Assembly (NCBI GenBank): GCA_945957395.1
Contig: CAMFKE010000005.1
Coordinates: 1-64,000, forward strand
DNA from: an uncultured Opitutia bacterium
GTDB taxonomy: Bacteria; Verrucomicrobiota; Verrucomicrobiia; Opitutales; UBA953
Direction: 5' to 3'
Length of the DNA stretch: 64,000 bases
Shown here: in pieces, positions 33,369 through 43,394 of the stretch
Layout of the letters: each line of letters opens with the position of its first letter
Numbering within the stretch: position 1 is the first letter of the stretch
Translations under genes and position numbers: made by a program
The notes under the pieces: model-generated
What the model was told of the DNA's origin: nothing
The model's database searches: none
The model's input: only the letters and a program-made list of their open reading frames with translations

Positions 33369-33968
33369 ATGCTCACGCTCCTGCTCGCCACCACCGAAGC
33401 CGCCGCCAACGAAGGCGGCAAGCTCTCCGCCATCTTCGGCGCCTCCATCGGCCTCGTCGCCTCCATCATCCAGCTGGTCATCGGCCTGACCATCGCCTCG
33501 TTCGCGATCAAGAAGGGACTGGACCTGCTCTCCAAGCTGCTCTCCGACGGCACCCCGCTCAACATCTGGGCTGAAATCAAGAACCGCAATGTCGCCGTGG
33601 CCCTGCTCGGCGCCTCCGTGGTGTTCTCCTACTGCAATGTCATCGGCTCCGGCCTCGAATCCATCTCCGCGGTGCTCTCCGGCCTGCGCGACCAGAGCCT
33701 GCTCGCCTCGCTCATGGGCTTCATCGGCGCGGCCGTGAACCTCGCGGTGGCCATCTCCGTGGCCTCGTTCGCCATCACCGTGGTGTTCCGCGTGATGGAC
33801 AAGTTCACCTCCGACATCGACGAGAAGGCCGAGTTCAAGAACGGCAACGTCGCCATCGGCGCCATCTACTGCGGCATCATCATCGGCGTCTCCTTCCTCG
33901 TCTCCTCCGGCGTGAGCTCCATCGGCATGGGCGTGAGCAACCTACTCGGCGCCATCGTCAGCAAGTAA
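33369..33968 (+). CDS. DUF350-like small multi-pass membrane protein
   Basis: Repeated amphipathic/hydrophobic segments (IGLVASIIQLVIGLTIASFAIKKGLDL...). Candidate sigma70-like promoter ttgcga...taatat at 33283-33309. Confidence 0.6.
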   Translation: MLTLLLATTEAAANEGGKLSAIFGASIGLVASIIQLVIGLTIASFAIKKGLDLLSKLLSDGTPLNIWAEIKNRNVAVALLGASVVFSYCNVIGSGLESISAVLSGLRDQSLLASLMGFIGAAVNLAVAISVASFAITVVFRVMDKFTSDIDEKAEFKNGNVAIGAIYCGIIIGVSFLVSSGVSSIGMGVSNLLGAIVSK

Positions 33969-34139
33969 AGACGGCCCGTTCGACCTCCGGTCGACGACGC
34001 CCCCCGGCCCGCAGCGGCTCGGGGGGCGTTTGCTTTATGAAAACCATGGCAGCCGGCCCATATCTCCTCCCTTTTACAGCAGTCGGCTTGCCCGCGCGGC
34101 GTTCCCGTGGTTAATCCCCGCACGAACCAAACTTTGACC

Positions 34140-35537
34140 ATGTCCGAAGACATCACCTACGACCTCATCGTCATCGGCGGCGGCCCCGCCGGTTACGCCG
34201 GCGCCATCCGCGCCGCCCAGCTCGGCAAGAAAGTCGCCTGCATCGAGATGGAGCGCCCGGGCGGCACCTGCCTCAACTGGGGCTGCATCCCCACCAAGGC
34301 CCTGCTGAAGGGCGCCGAGGTGTATCAGGAGATCAAGCACGCCGCCGACTACGGCATCAAGGTGGACTCCGTCTCCTTCGACTTCGCCGCCGTGATGGGG
34401 CGCTCGCGCAAGGTTTCGGACAACATGGCCGGCGGCATCGGCTTCCTGTTCAAGAAGAACAAGGTCGACCACATCGTGGGCAAGGGCCGCGTGATCGCCA
34501 CCGGCATGGTGGAGATCACCGAAGGCGCCCAGAAGGGTAAGTTCTACAAGGCCAAGAACATCCTGCTCGCCACCGGCTGCAAGCCGCGCCGCCTGCCCGA
34601 TGTCGACCACTCCAATCCCCGCGTGCTCACCTCCTTCGAGGCGCTCCAGCTCAAGGAGAAGCCCGAGTCCATCGTGGTGCTCGGCGCCGGCGCCATCGGC
34701 ATGGAGTTCGCCTACTTCCTCAACACCTTCGGCACCAAGGTGACCGTGGTGGAGATGAAGCCCAACCTGCTCCCCGTGGAGGACGAGGAAGTCTCGGCCG
34801 CCGTGGAGCGCGCCTTCAAGAAGCAGGGCATCGTCGCGCACACCGGCACCAAGTCCGAAAAGATCGAGACCTCCGCCACCGGCGTGAAGGTGCACCTCGA
34901 CAAGGACGGCGTGAAGTCGGTGGTCGAGGCCTCGCACCTGCTCGTCGCCATCGGCATCACCCCGTACCTCGACGGTCTGCTCGGCTCCGCCGTGAAGCTC
35001 GACCTCGAGAAGGGCTACATCAAGGTGAACGACTCCTACCAGACCAATGTCCCCGGCATCTACGCCGCCGGCGACATCATCGGACCGCCCTGGCTCGCCC
35101 ACGTGGCCACCTTCGAGGCCATCAACGCGGTGAACGGCATGTTCGGCGCGTCCAAGCCCAAGCGCGTGAAGAACTTCCCCGGCTGCACCTACTGCCAGCC
35201 CCAGGTGGCGTCCGTCGGTCTCACCGAGCGCGCCTGCAAGGAAAAGGGCCTCGAGTACAAGGTGGGCAAGTTCCCCTTCACCGCGTCCGGCAAGGCCGTG
35301 GCCATCAACCACGCCGAAGGTTTCGTGAAGGTGATCACCGGCAAGAAGTACGGCGAGATCCTCGGCGCGCACATCGTGGGCCCCGAGGCCACCGAACTCA
35401 TCGCCGAGTACGGCCTCGCCCTCGACGCCGAGCTCACCGTGGACGACATCCACGCCACCATCCACGCGCACCCCACGCTGTCCGAGGCCCTCGCCGAGGC
35501 CGCCGCCGCCGTGCACGGCGAGGCGATCCACATCTGA
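34140..35537 (+). CDS. lpdA: Dihydrolipoyl dehydrogenase (E3)
   Basis: FAD motif DLIVIGGGPAGY, redox-active disulfide GGTCLNWGCIPTK, NAD-binding GAGAIGME, and C-terminal HAHPTLSE dimerisation motif. Confidence 0.95.
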   Translation: MSEDITYDLIVIGGGPAGYAGAIRAAQLGKKVACIEMERPGGTCLNWGCIPTKALLKGAEVYQEIKHAADYGIKVDSVSFDFAAVMGRSRKVSDNMAGGIGFLFKKNKVDHIVGKGRVIATGMVEITEGAQKGKFYKAKNILLATGCKPRRLPDVDHSNPRVLTSFEALQLKEKPESIVVLGAGAIGMEFAYFLNTFGTKVTVVEMKPNLLPVEDEEVSAAVERAFKKQGIVAHTGTKSEKIETSATGVKVHLDKDGVKSVVEASHLLVAIGITPYLDGLLGSAVKLDLEKGYIKVNDSYQTNVPGIYAAGDIIGPPWLAHVATFEAINAVNGMFGASKPKRVKNFPGCTYCQPQVASVGLTERACKEKGLEYKVGKFPFTASGKAVAINHAEGFVKVITGKKYGEILGAHIVGPEATELIAEYGLALDAELTVDDIHATIHAHPTLSEALAEAAAAVHGEAIHI

Positions 35538-35588
35538 TCGCCGACTTCCCCGCCCGTCGCGACGACAACCGGGGAAATCGCAACCAGG

Positions 35589-35624
35589 CCGCAGGCGCCC
35601 CGCAAGGGGCCCTGCGGTTTTTTT
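35589..35624 (+). terminator. Rho-independent terminator after lpdA
   Basis: ccgcagg-cgccccgcaaggggc-cctgcgg followed by T7. Confidence 0.6.
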
Positions 35625-35699
35625 GCGCCACGGGGATTGTCACAATCTTCGCAGGACGGCCACGAAAGCGTCACACGCCGCGGCTACTTGTGTGGCACC

Positions 35700-36545
35700 A
35701 TGCCGGACTCCAAAGCACGCCTCCGATACCGCACCGTCATCATCTCCGACACGCACCTGGGCACGCGGGACGCCAAGGCGCGCGAACTGCTCCACTTCCT
35801 CAAGCACATCCGCTGCGACAAGCTGGTGCTCAACGGGGACATCATCGATTTCTGGAGCCTGCGCCGCCGCCCCTACTGGACGGCCGACCACACCGCGGTG
35901 GTCCGGCGCATCCTGAAAATGGCGGAGAAGCGCACCGAGGTCGTCTACCTGCGCGGCAACCACGACGACATGCCGGCCGACCTGATGCCCCTCGTGCTCG
36001 ACCGCCTCACGCTCGCGGACAGGCACGTGCACCAAACCGCCGCCGGCGTGAAGTTCCTTTGCGTCCACGGCGACGCCTTCGACACCGTCACCACGCACGC
36101 CAAGTGGCTGGCGATACTCGGCGACATCGGCTACCAGCAACTGCTGAGGCTCAACCGGCACTACAACCGCTGGCGAGCCTGGCGCGGCAAGGACTACTTC
36201 TCGCTGTCCCAAGCCGTGAAATCGAAGGTTAAGCGAGCGGTGAACTACATCTCGGACTTCGAGCGCCACCTGCGCCTTCTCGCCGTGCGCGAGGAGTGCA
36301 AGGGCGTCATCTGCGGACACATCCACAGGCCGGAGAACAAGTGGCTCAACGGCGTCCACTACATCAACTCCGGCGACTGGGTGGAGTCGCTCACCGCCAT
36401 CGTCGAACACGCCGACGGGCGCATGGAGGTCATCGACTACAACGCCTTCCTGCGCGAGCTCACCCTCGCCGAGGACGAGCTGGACGAACCGTCGCTGCGG
36501 CCGGAGTCGGATACGCTCGCCGAACCGGCCGCCATCCCGGCCTGA
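35700..36545 (+). CDS. LpxH-like metallophosphoesterase (UDP-2,3-diacylglucosamine diphosphatase family)
   Basis: IISDTHLG, GDIIDFW, LRGNHD, VHGD, CGHIHRP, SGDW align motif-by-motif with LpxH. Confidence 0.75.
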   Translation: MPDSKARLRYRTVIISDTHLGTRDAKARELLHFLKHIRCDKLVLNGDIIDFWSLRRRPYWTADHTAVVRRILKMAEKRTEVVYLRGNHDDMPADLMPLVLDRLTLADRHVHQTAAGVKFLCVHGDAFDTVTTHAKWLAILGDIGYQQLLRLNRHYNRWRAWRGKDYFSLSQAVKSKVKRAVNYISDFERHLRLLAVREECKGVICGHIHRPENKWLNGVHYINSGDWVESLTAIVEHADGRMEVIDYNAFLRELTLAEDELDEPSLRPESDTLAEPAAIPA

Positions 36546-36585
36546 GTCCCGCCGACCCGCATCACCAACGCCAACAAACGAGCCC

Positions 36586-37680
36586 ATGCGCCGAATCATC
36601 GTCCTCACAGCCGGATACGGAGAAGGTCACAACAGCGCGGCTCGCAACCTGTGCGCCGCGCTCAACCGCCGCTTCGGCGTGCACGCCACCGTGCATGACC
36701 CGCTCGAGGCTTACGGCGAGGCCTACGAACGCTCCAAGCGCCACTTCGTGAACGCGGTGACCGGCGCCCCGCTGGCCTGGCTGGCCACCTATCACGCGCT
36801 CGACAGGCTCCCTGTCGTACCCGCCCTGCTACCCTTCCTCGGCCGCGCACGCCGCCGACTCTCGGCGATTTTGAAGGAAACCGGGGCGGACATCGCGGTG
36901 TGCTCCCACCCGATATTCCCCGGACTTTTGCGCGACATCGCCCGCGCCGGAGGCCCGGCGGTGAAAGTCGTCACCGTGGTGACCGACTCGATCTCGATCA
37001 ACCGCGTCTGGGCCAAGACCCGCTCCGACCTCTGGCTTGCCGCCGATCGCTACAGCGCCGCACGCCTTCGCCGCCTCGGCGTCCCGTCCTCCGGCGTGCG
37101 CACCACCGGCTTCCCCACCCCGTCCGCCTTCGCCGCCAACCCCGAATGCGAGCGACTCGCCCCGTTCGCCGACGGCGGCAGGGCCCGCGTCCTGCTGATG
37201 GCCGGCAGCGCCTCGCGCGACACGGTGCGCACCGCGCGCGCCCTGGCGGCATTGCCCGACATCGAGCTGACCGTGAGCGTGGGCCGCCACGCCGAGCTGG
37301 TCGAACACCTGTACGCCGCGCTCGAAGACACGGGCCACTCCGCCAGGATCATCGGCTGGACGAGCGACCTTCCCGCGCTGCTGCGCTCCAGCCACATCGT
37401 GCTGGGCAAAGCCGGCGGCGCCACCACCCACGAGACGCTCGCGGCCCGCACGCCCTTTGTCATCACCCAGGTCCTCCCCGGGCAGGAGCAAGGCAATGCC
37501 GAACTGATTCGCCGCCTCGGGGTCGGCGATGTGGCCGGCGACCCCGCAGCCGCGGCGGAGGCGGTCACACGCATGCTCGCCGACGACGCCCGCCTGTGGC
37601 GCTCCCGCGTCGAACGGCTCGAGCGGTTCGCGCGCCCCGACTCGTCCTCTCGCGCGGCCGATGCGGTACTAAGCCTCTGA
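36586..37680 (+). CDS. Glycosyltransferase family 28-like (MGDG synthase/UgtP/MurG-like fold)
   Basis: N-terminal LTAGYGEGHNSAARNL (GGGH-like motif of MGD1/UgtP family) and C-terminal nucleotide-sugar-binding half (LGKAGGATTHETLAARTPFVI...EQGNAELI). Confidence 0.75.
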   Translation: MRRIIVLTAGYGEGHNSAARNLCAALNRRFGVHATVHDPLEAYGEAYERSKRHFVNAVTGAPLAWLATYHALDRLPVVPALLPFLGRARRRLSAILKETGADIAVCSHPIFPGLLRDIARAGGPAVKVVTVVTDSISINRVWAKTRSDLWLAADRYSAARLRRLGVPSSGVRTTGFPTPSAFAANPECERLAPFADGGRARVLLMAGSASRDTVRTARALAALPDIELTVSVGRHAELVEHLYAALEDTGHSARIIGWTSDLPALLRSSHIVLGKAGGATTHETLAARTPFVITQVLPGQEQGNAELIRRLGVGDVAGDPAAAAEAVTRMLADDARLWRSRVERLERFARPDSSSRAADAVLSL

Positions 37681-37709
37681 ACGCTCGCCAACCCGCCCCT
37701 GGCAGTCAC

Positions 37710-37736
37710 GCCGGCTCTCCCGAGCCGGCTTTTTTT
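37710..37736 (+). terminator. Rho-independent terminator after the GT28-like gene
   Basis: gccggctc-tccc-gagccggc followed by T7. Confidence 0.65.
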
Positions 37737-37907
37737 CGACCAAACATGCCGCATCAATTCTGGCCGGGACGACGCTTTTGTTAAAATCGCTTGCCAAGAA
37801 GCATACATTCAGCACTCAACTTATCAACAACAAGCGCAACCACTCACTCCAGACCGCCTAAAACCGCTTAAGCTCTAAAACAAGCAGGCCTGCGCAAAAA
37901 CACGCTC

Positions 37908-38912
37908 ATGAAATATTTTGTCATCAAAACCGTCCTCGCCCTTATCGCGGCGAGCCCGGCGGCAACCCTGGCCGCCGATATCGCGCTGCTCAATGTCTCC
38001 TACGACCCGACGCGCGAACTGTATGCGGATGTGAACAAGGCCTTCGCAGCACAATACAAGAAAAGCACCGGCGACACGGTGACCATCAGCCAATCCCACG
38101 GCGGGTCGGGCAAGCAGGCCCGCTCGGTGATCGACGGCCTTCGCGCCGACATCGTCACCCTGGCCCTGGCGCACGACATCGACGCCATCGCCGAAAAAGG
38201 CCGCCTGCTGCCGACCGACTGGCAAAAGCGACTGCCCAACAACAGCGCCCCCTACACCTCCACCATCGTGTTCCTCGTGCGCAAGGGGAACCCCAAGAAC
38301 ATCAAGGATTGGGACGACCTGGTGAAGCCCGGCGTGGGCGTCATCCCGGCCAACCCCAAGACCTCCGGCGCCGCCCGCTGGACCTACCTGGCCGCCTGGT
38401 CCTTCGCCAAAAGGAAGTTCAACGGCGACGAATCCAAGGTGCGCGAGTTCGTGAAGCAGTTCTACCTCAACGCTCCCGTGCTCGATTCCGGCGCCCGCGG
38501 GGCCACCACCACCTTCGCCCAGCGCGGCATCGGCGACGCCCTTGTGACCTGGGAAAACGAGGCGCTTCAGGCGCTCGACGAACTCGGCTCCGACAAGCTC
38601 GAAATCGTCGCCCCCTCCCTCTCCATCGTCGCCGAGCCGCCCGTCGCCCTGGTCGACAAAAACACCCGCCGCAAGGGCACCGCCAAGGTGGCCGAAGCCT
38701 ACCTGAAGTTCCTCTACACCGAGGAGGCCCAGGAGCTCATCGCCAAGCACCATTACCGCCCGTTCGACAAGGCCGTCGCCGAAAAGCACGCCTCCAAGTT
38801 CGCCAAAATCGAGCTCGTCACCGTCGACGCCGAGTTCGGCGGCTGGAAGAAGGCGACCGCCCGCCACTTCGGAGAAGACGGCGAATTCGACCGGTTCACC
38901 CTCGGCCGCTAA
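37908..38912 (+). CDS. sbp: Sulfate/thiosulfate ABC transporter substrate-binding protein
   Basis: Signal peptide; [13 protein letters not shown]..., [16 protein letters not shown]..., [10 protein letters not shown] motifs typical of Sbp/CysP. An AT-rich ~150-bp leader lies upstream. Confidence 0.9.
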   Translation: MKYFVIKTVLALIAASPAATLAADIALLNVSYDPTRELYADVNKAFAAQYKKSTGDTVTISQSHGGSGKQARSVIDGLRADIVTLALAHDIDAIAEKGRLLPTDWQKRLPNNSAPYTSTIVFLVRKGNPKNIKDWDDLVKPGVGVIPANPKTSGAARWTYLAAWSFAKRKFNGDESKVREFVKQFYLNAPVLDSGARGATTTFAQRGIGDALVTWENEALQALDELGSDKLEIVAPSLSIVAEPPVALVDKNTRRKGTAKVAEAYLKFLYTEEAQELIAKHHYRPFDKAVAEKHASKFAKIELVTVDAEFGGWKKATARHFGEDGEFDRFTLGR

Positions 38913-38982
38913 GCCCCGAAATCGCGCGAAAATTTCCGGCATCAAAGCTGCTTAGGGGAAGACTTTCCAAAAAAACCACACC

Positions 38983-39204
38983 ATGATCCGCCTGCTCAAC
39001 CTCCTCAACCCCGTCCGGCCCAGCGCCCTGCACGGTCGCTCGGGAGCGCGCCACACGCCCTACCACGGACTGGCCCGTCGCCACACCCGTCGCTGGATAT
39101 CCGGGGGCGTGCGGCTGCTCGAGGGTCTCTCCGAAGCCTCGCCCTCGCTTCACCCGCACCTGCCCCAGCCCCGCGGCAGCGGCACGGAATCGGACCTTGC
39201 CTGA
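38983..39204 (+). CDS. Possible small Arg/His-rich protein (73 aa) in a 450-bp intergenic region
   Basis: ORF shows coding-like GC3 (~85%) but no RBS and no recognisable motif. Confidence 0.25.
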   Translation: MIRLLNLLNPVRPSALHGRSGARHTPYHGLARRHTRRWISGGVRLLEGLSEASPSLHPHLPQPRGSGTESDLA

Positions 39205-39365
39205 CACGGATCCGGCACCCCCTCGGCAGCCCGCACACCCGGCCTCCGGCGCATCGCCGGGGGCCGGTTTGCATATCGCCCTCGCTCCTCCCGCCCGCCG
39301 AACGGATTCCGACACGCCGCTTTTCCCTCTTTTCCTTTTCCCGTTTACACTTTCCCTCCCCGGGC

Positions 39366-40157
39366 ATGGCCAAAGCCAAGCATTCCCTTTCCGGACGCCG
39401 CATCGTCCTCACGCGCGCCGACGGCGCCAACGACACCTGGCGCGCCGAATTCGAGCAGCGCGGCGCCACCGTCCTGGAGCTCCCGCTCATCAGCGTCGAA
39501 CTCGGCGCCCATGCGGCCGCCTCCGAGGACATCCTGCAATCCCTCGGCACCTACGAGTGGATCGTCTTCACCAGCCCCAACGGCGTGCGCGGCTTCTTCA
39601 AGAGCTTCTTCGAAAAGTACCGCGACATCCGCTGCCTGGGCCCCTCCCGCATCGCCTGCGTCGGCAAAGCCACCGCCGCCGAACTCGACCGCGTGCACAT
39701 CCAGACCGACATCCTCCCGGACGAAGCCACCGGAGACGCCCTCGCCGACGCCCTCATCGCCGCCGACAACCTCGAGAACCTCAAGGTCCTCCTCATCACC
39801 GGCAACCGCAACCGCGACACGATCGAGCAGCGCCTCGCCAAGGACGCGCAGGCCATCGTCGACACCTTCACCGTCTACGAAACCAAGGACGCCGACGCCG
39901 AGGACGCCACCGACATCGAGAACTTCCGCGAGAAGGGCGCCGACGCCGTGGTGTTCGCCAGCCCCTCCGCCGTGCAGTCGTTCGTCTCGCAGCTCTCCCG
40001 CCTCAAGCCGCGCGAAGGCGCCACGCTGCCCAAGGTCGTCGCCATCGGCCCGGTGACCGCCGCCGCCGTGAAGCAGGCCGGCATCCCGCTCGCCGCCGAA
40101 TCCGCCTCCCCCGCCGCAGCCGACATCGCCGAGGCCGTGGAGAAACTTTTCCGCTGA
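39366..40157 (+). CDS. hemD: Uroporphyrinogen-III synthase
   Basis: HEM4 pattern: RIVLTRA...ELPLISV...YEWIVFTSPNGV...VFASPSAVQSF.... Confidence 0.85.
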   Translation: MAKAKHSLSGRRIVLTRADGANDTWRAEFEQRGATVLELPLISVELGAHAAASEDILQSLGTYEWIVFTSPNGVRGFFKSFFEKYRDIRCLGPSRIACVGKATAAELDRVHIQTDILPDEATGDALADALIAADNLENLKVLLITGNRNRDTIEQRLAKDAQAIVDTFTVYETKDADAEDATDIENFREKGADAVVFASPSAVQSFVSQLSRLKPREGATLPKVVAIGPVTAAAVKQAGIPLAAESASPAAADIAEAVEKLFR

Positions 40158-40238
40158 TTGACACGCGGGCGCCGCTCGCGGGCTTGCCCGCAGGTCGACG
40201 GCGCACCTAGCCTGTCAGCGCCCCACCCCGCGCCGACC

Positions 40239-41383
<1,145 letters not shown>

Positions 41384-41403
41384 CCTTCGCGGCGAAGCCG
41401 CGA

Positions 41404-41531
41404 GGAATGCAGAAGGCAAAATGCAGAAGTGAGGCCGCCCTCCGGGCGGCCTGCGTGAGCAACCTTTTCGAAAAAGGTCGCCAAGCGCCTCGCGCAGCGA
41501 GGCCACTTCCGCATTTTGCCTTCTGCCTTCT
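41404..41531. repeat. ~128-bp nested palindromic / multi-hairpin element between convergent glnB and menA
   Basis: Outer imperfect inverted repeat gcagaaggcaaaatgcagaagtgagg / cacttccgcattttgccttctgc(cttctgc) encloses three internal hairpins: ggccgccc-tcc-gggcggcc, ccttttcgaaaaagg, gcctcgc-gcag-cgaggc. Confidence 0.5.
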
Positions 41532-41545
41532 GCACTCGCCCGGCG

Positions 41546-42433
41546 CTACGCGCCGAGCGCGATGCCTGCGGCCAGAAGCGCGCCCCAAGCCAGCAGAATC
41601 GCGGCGGTCTTGCCCAGCAGCGGGTTGAAATCGCGAGGGTTGTCGACGGCGCAGAAGGCCCGCACCACGGGCCCGGCGAACGGGCACACGACCAGCGCCG
41701 CGAGCACGGGCCACCGGCAATTGAACGGCGGCAGCGACAGCACCAACGGCGTCGAAAGGCCGACCAGCACGGTGAGCGCGTACTGGATACGGGCGAAATT
41801 CAGTCCGAAAAGCACGGCCGTGGTGCGCTTGCCCGCCTTCGCGTCCGTCTCGCGGTCGCGAGCGTTGTTCACGATGAGAATCGCGTCGGCCAGCAGGCCG
41901 CACCCCAGGGCGACCGGCCACACCGACACGGGAAAGTATCCGCACTGCACATACGCCGTGAACGGCACGGCCACGAAGCCGAAGAAGGCCACCACGAACA
42001 CATCGCCAAGCCCGTTGTAGGCCAGGGGGAATGGTCCGGCGGTATAGGCGAGAGCGGCCGCGATGGAGGCGACGCCCACGATCAACAAGGGCCACCCGCC
42101 GAAGGGAAGAAGGCCGAGCCCCACGAGGAAGGCCGCCGCACACACGCCGACCACCGCGCGCCTCATGGCAGCCGGAGACACCCAGCCGGACGCCGTCGCG
42201 CGCGCCGGACCAAGGCGCTCGGCGGTGTCGGCGCCCTTTTTGAAATCGAAGTAGTCGTTGGCCAGATTGCAGGCCACCTGCACGAGCAGCGCGAACGCCA
42301 GCGCCAGCAACGCAGGCACCGCCCGAAACCCGCCGGCGGCGTATGCGCAAGCGGAGCCGAGCGCCACCGGCACGAGCGCGGCGGGCAGGGTGCGCGGACG
42401 CGCCGCGTGAATCCATTGGGAGAGTGTGGCCAT
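41546..42433 (-). CDS. menA: 1,4-dihydroxy-2-naphthoate octaprenyltransferase (UbiA superfamily)
   Basis: NDYFDFKKGADT signature of MenA; nine predicted TM helices. ATG at 42433 verified. Confidence 0.85.
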   Translation of the reverse strand: MATLSQWIHAARPRTLPAALVPVALGSACAYAAGGFRAVPALLALAFALLVQVACNLANDYFDFKKGADTAERLGPARATASGWVSPAAMRRAVVGVCAAAFLVGLGLLPFGGWPLLIVGVASIAAALAYTAGPFPLAYNGLGDVFVVAFFGFVAVPFTAYVQCGYFPVSVWPVALGCGLLADAILIVNNARDRETDAKAGKRTTAVLFGLNFARIQYALTVLVGLSTPLVLSLPPFNCRWPVLAALVVCPFAGPVVRAFCAVDNPRDFNPLLGKTAAILLAWGALLAAGIALGA

Positions 42434-42595
42434 GGGGTTGGGACGAAGAATGAAGGGAAAAGCCGCCGGGGCGGGTCGCACGCGACGGCGCGACTTCATC
42501 GTGAGCGACGCCGCGCCGGCCAACAAAAAACCCGCCTCTTTTCGAGGCGGGCTTTGGGCGAAACCTCCGGAAAAACCGGGTGCTTCGGGCTCGGC

Positions 42596-43306
42596 TTACT
42601 TGTCTTCCAGGATGATGGAGTCCTGGCCGACGGCTTCCTGAATGTTGCTGGTCTCAGCCTTCGTCTTGAAGTTGATGAAGACGCCCTTGCCGCTGGCTTC
42701 GTCCACGGTGGCGTCATACCACTCCATGTGACCGTCGAGGAAGGCGATATGGCCGCCCTCCTTGCCCCACGGGGCATCCTGCACCCAGGTCGTACCGGTC
42801 AGGCCGCGGGTCCACACGATCGGGTAGCGCGAGGCGTTCGAGTCGTTCTTGGTCGCGTTGGCGACGACAGCCCACGACTTCGGAGCGGCCTTCTGGAAAT
42901 CGGGGTCCACCTGGGGCTTGGTCGGGTCGGTGACATTGGCGACCTGCTTGGGGTAGGATTCGACAGCGGCGAGGCGCTCGTCGCCCTTGATGAACCAGGC
43001 GTTGGCGTCGTTCATGTCGGCCTTGGCGGCCAGATAGACGGCCCAGCCGGTCACGCCACCGCCGTTGTTACCAACCTGGGTCTGCGTGATGTTCTTGGGC
43101 GTCGAGCTGCCGAAGGCGAAGGCCTGGTAGGCCTTGGCGATACCCTGGCAGCTGGAGCCGGCGGCGAGCTTGTTGGCCTTGCGCTTAACCATCTGCACGC
43201 CGGGGATGACCATGGCGGCGAGAATGCCGATGATGGCGATAACGGTGAGCAGTTCGACGAGCGTGAAGCCCTTGCGGGGCAGGAAACGAAGCTTGGGGAG
43301 TTTCAT
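42596..43306 (-). CDS. Prepilin-type N-terminal cleavage/methylation domain protein (DUF1559-like pseudopilin)
   Basis: KGFTLVELLTVIAIIGILAAM class III signal; C-terminal GGHIAFLDGHMEWY (H-X-DG-like motif of DUF1559). Confidence 0.75.
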   Translation of the reverse strand: MKLPKLRFLPRKGFTLVELLTVIAIIGILAAMVIPGVQMVKRKANKLAAGSSCQGIAKAYQAFAFGSSTPKNITQTQVGNNGGGVTGWAVYLAAKADMNDANAWFIKGDERLAAVESYPKQVANVTDPTKPQVDPDFQKAAPKSWAVVANATKNDSNASRYPIVWTRGLTGTTWVQDAPWGKEGGHIAFLDGHMEWYDATVDEASGKGVFINFKTKAETSNIQEAVGQDSIILEDK

Positions 43307-43331
43307 GGTATTGGCGGGGTTGAAAATTGAA

Positions 43332-43360
43332 CGCCGCAAAGACTGATTGTCTTTGCGGCG
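43332..43360 (-). terminator. Hairpin downstream of glyA (minus strand)
   Basis: Perfect 12-bp stem cgccgcaaagac / gtctttgcggcg with 5-nt loop. Confidence 0.5.
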
Positions 43361-43394
43361 TCAGGCAAACGGAAAAACCTCTCCGTCGGCTTGT

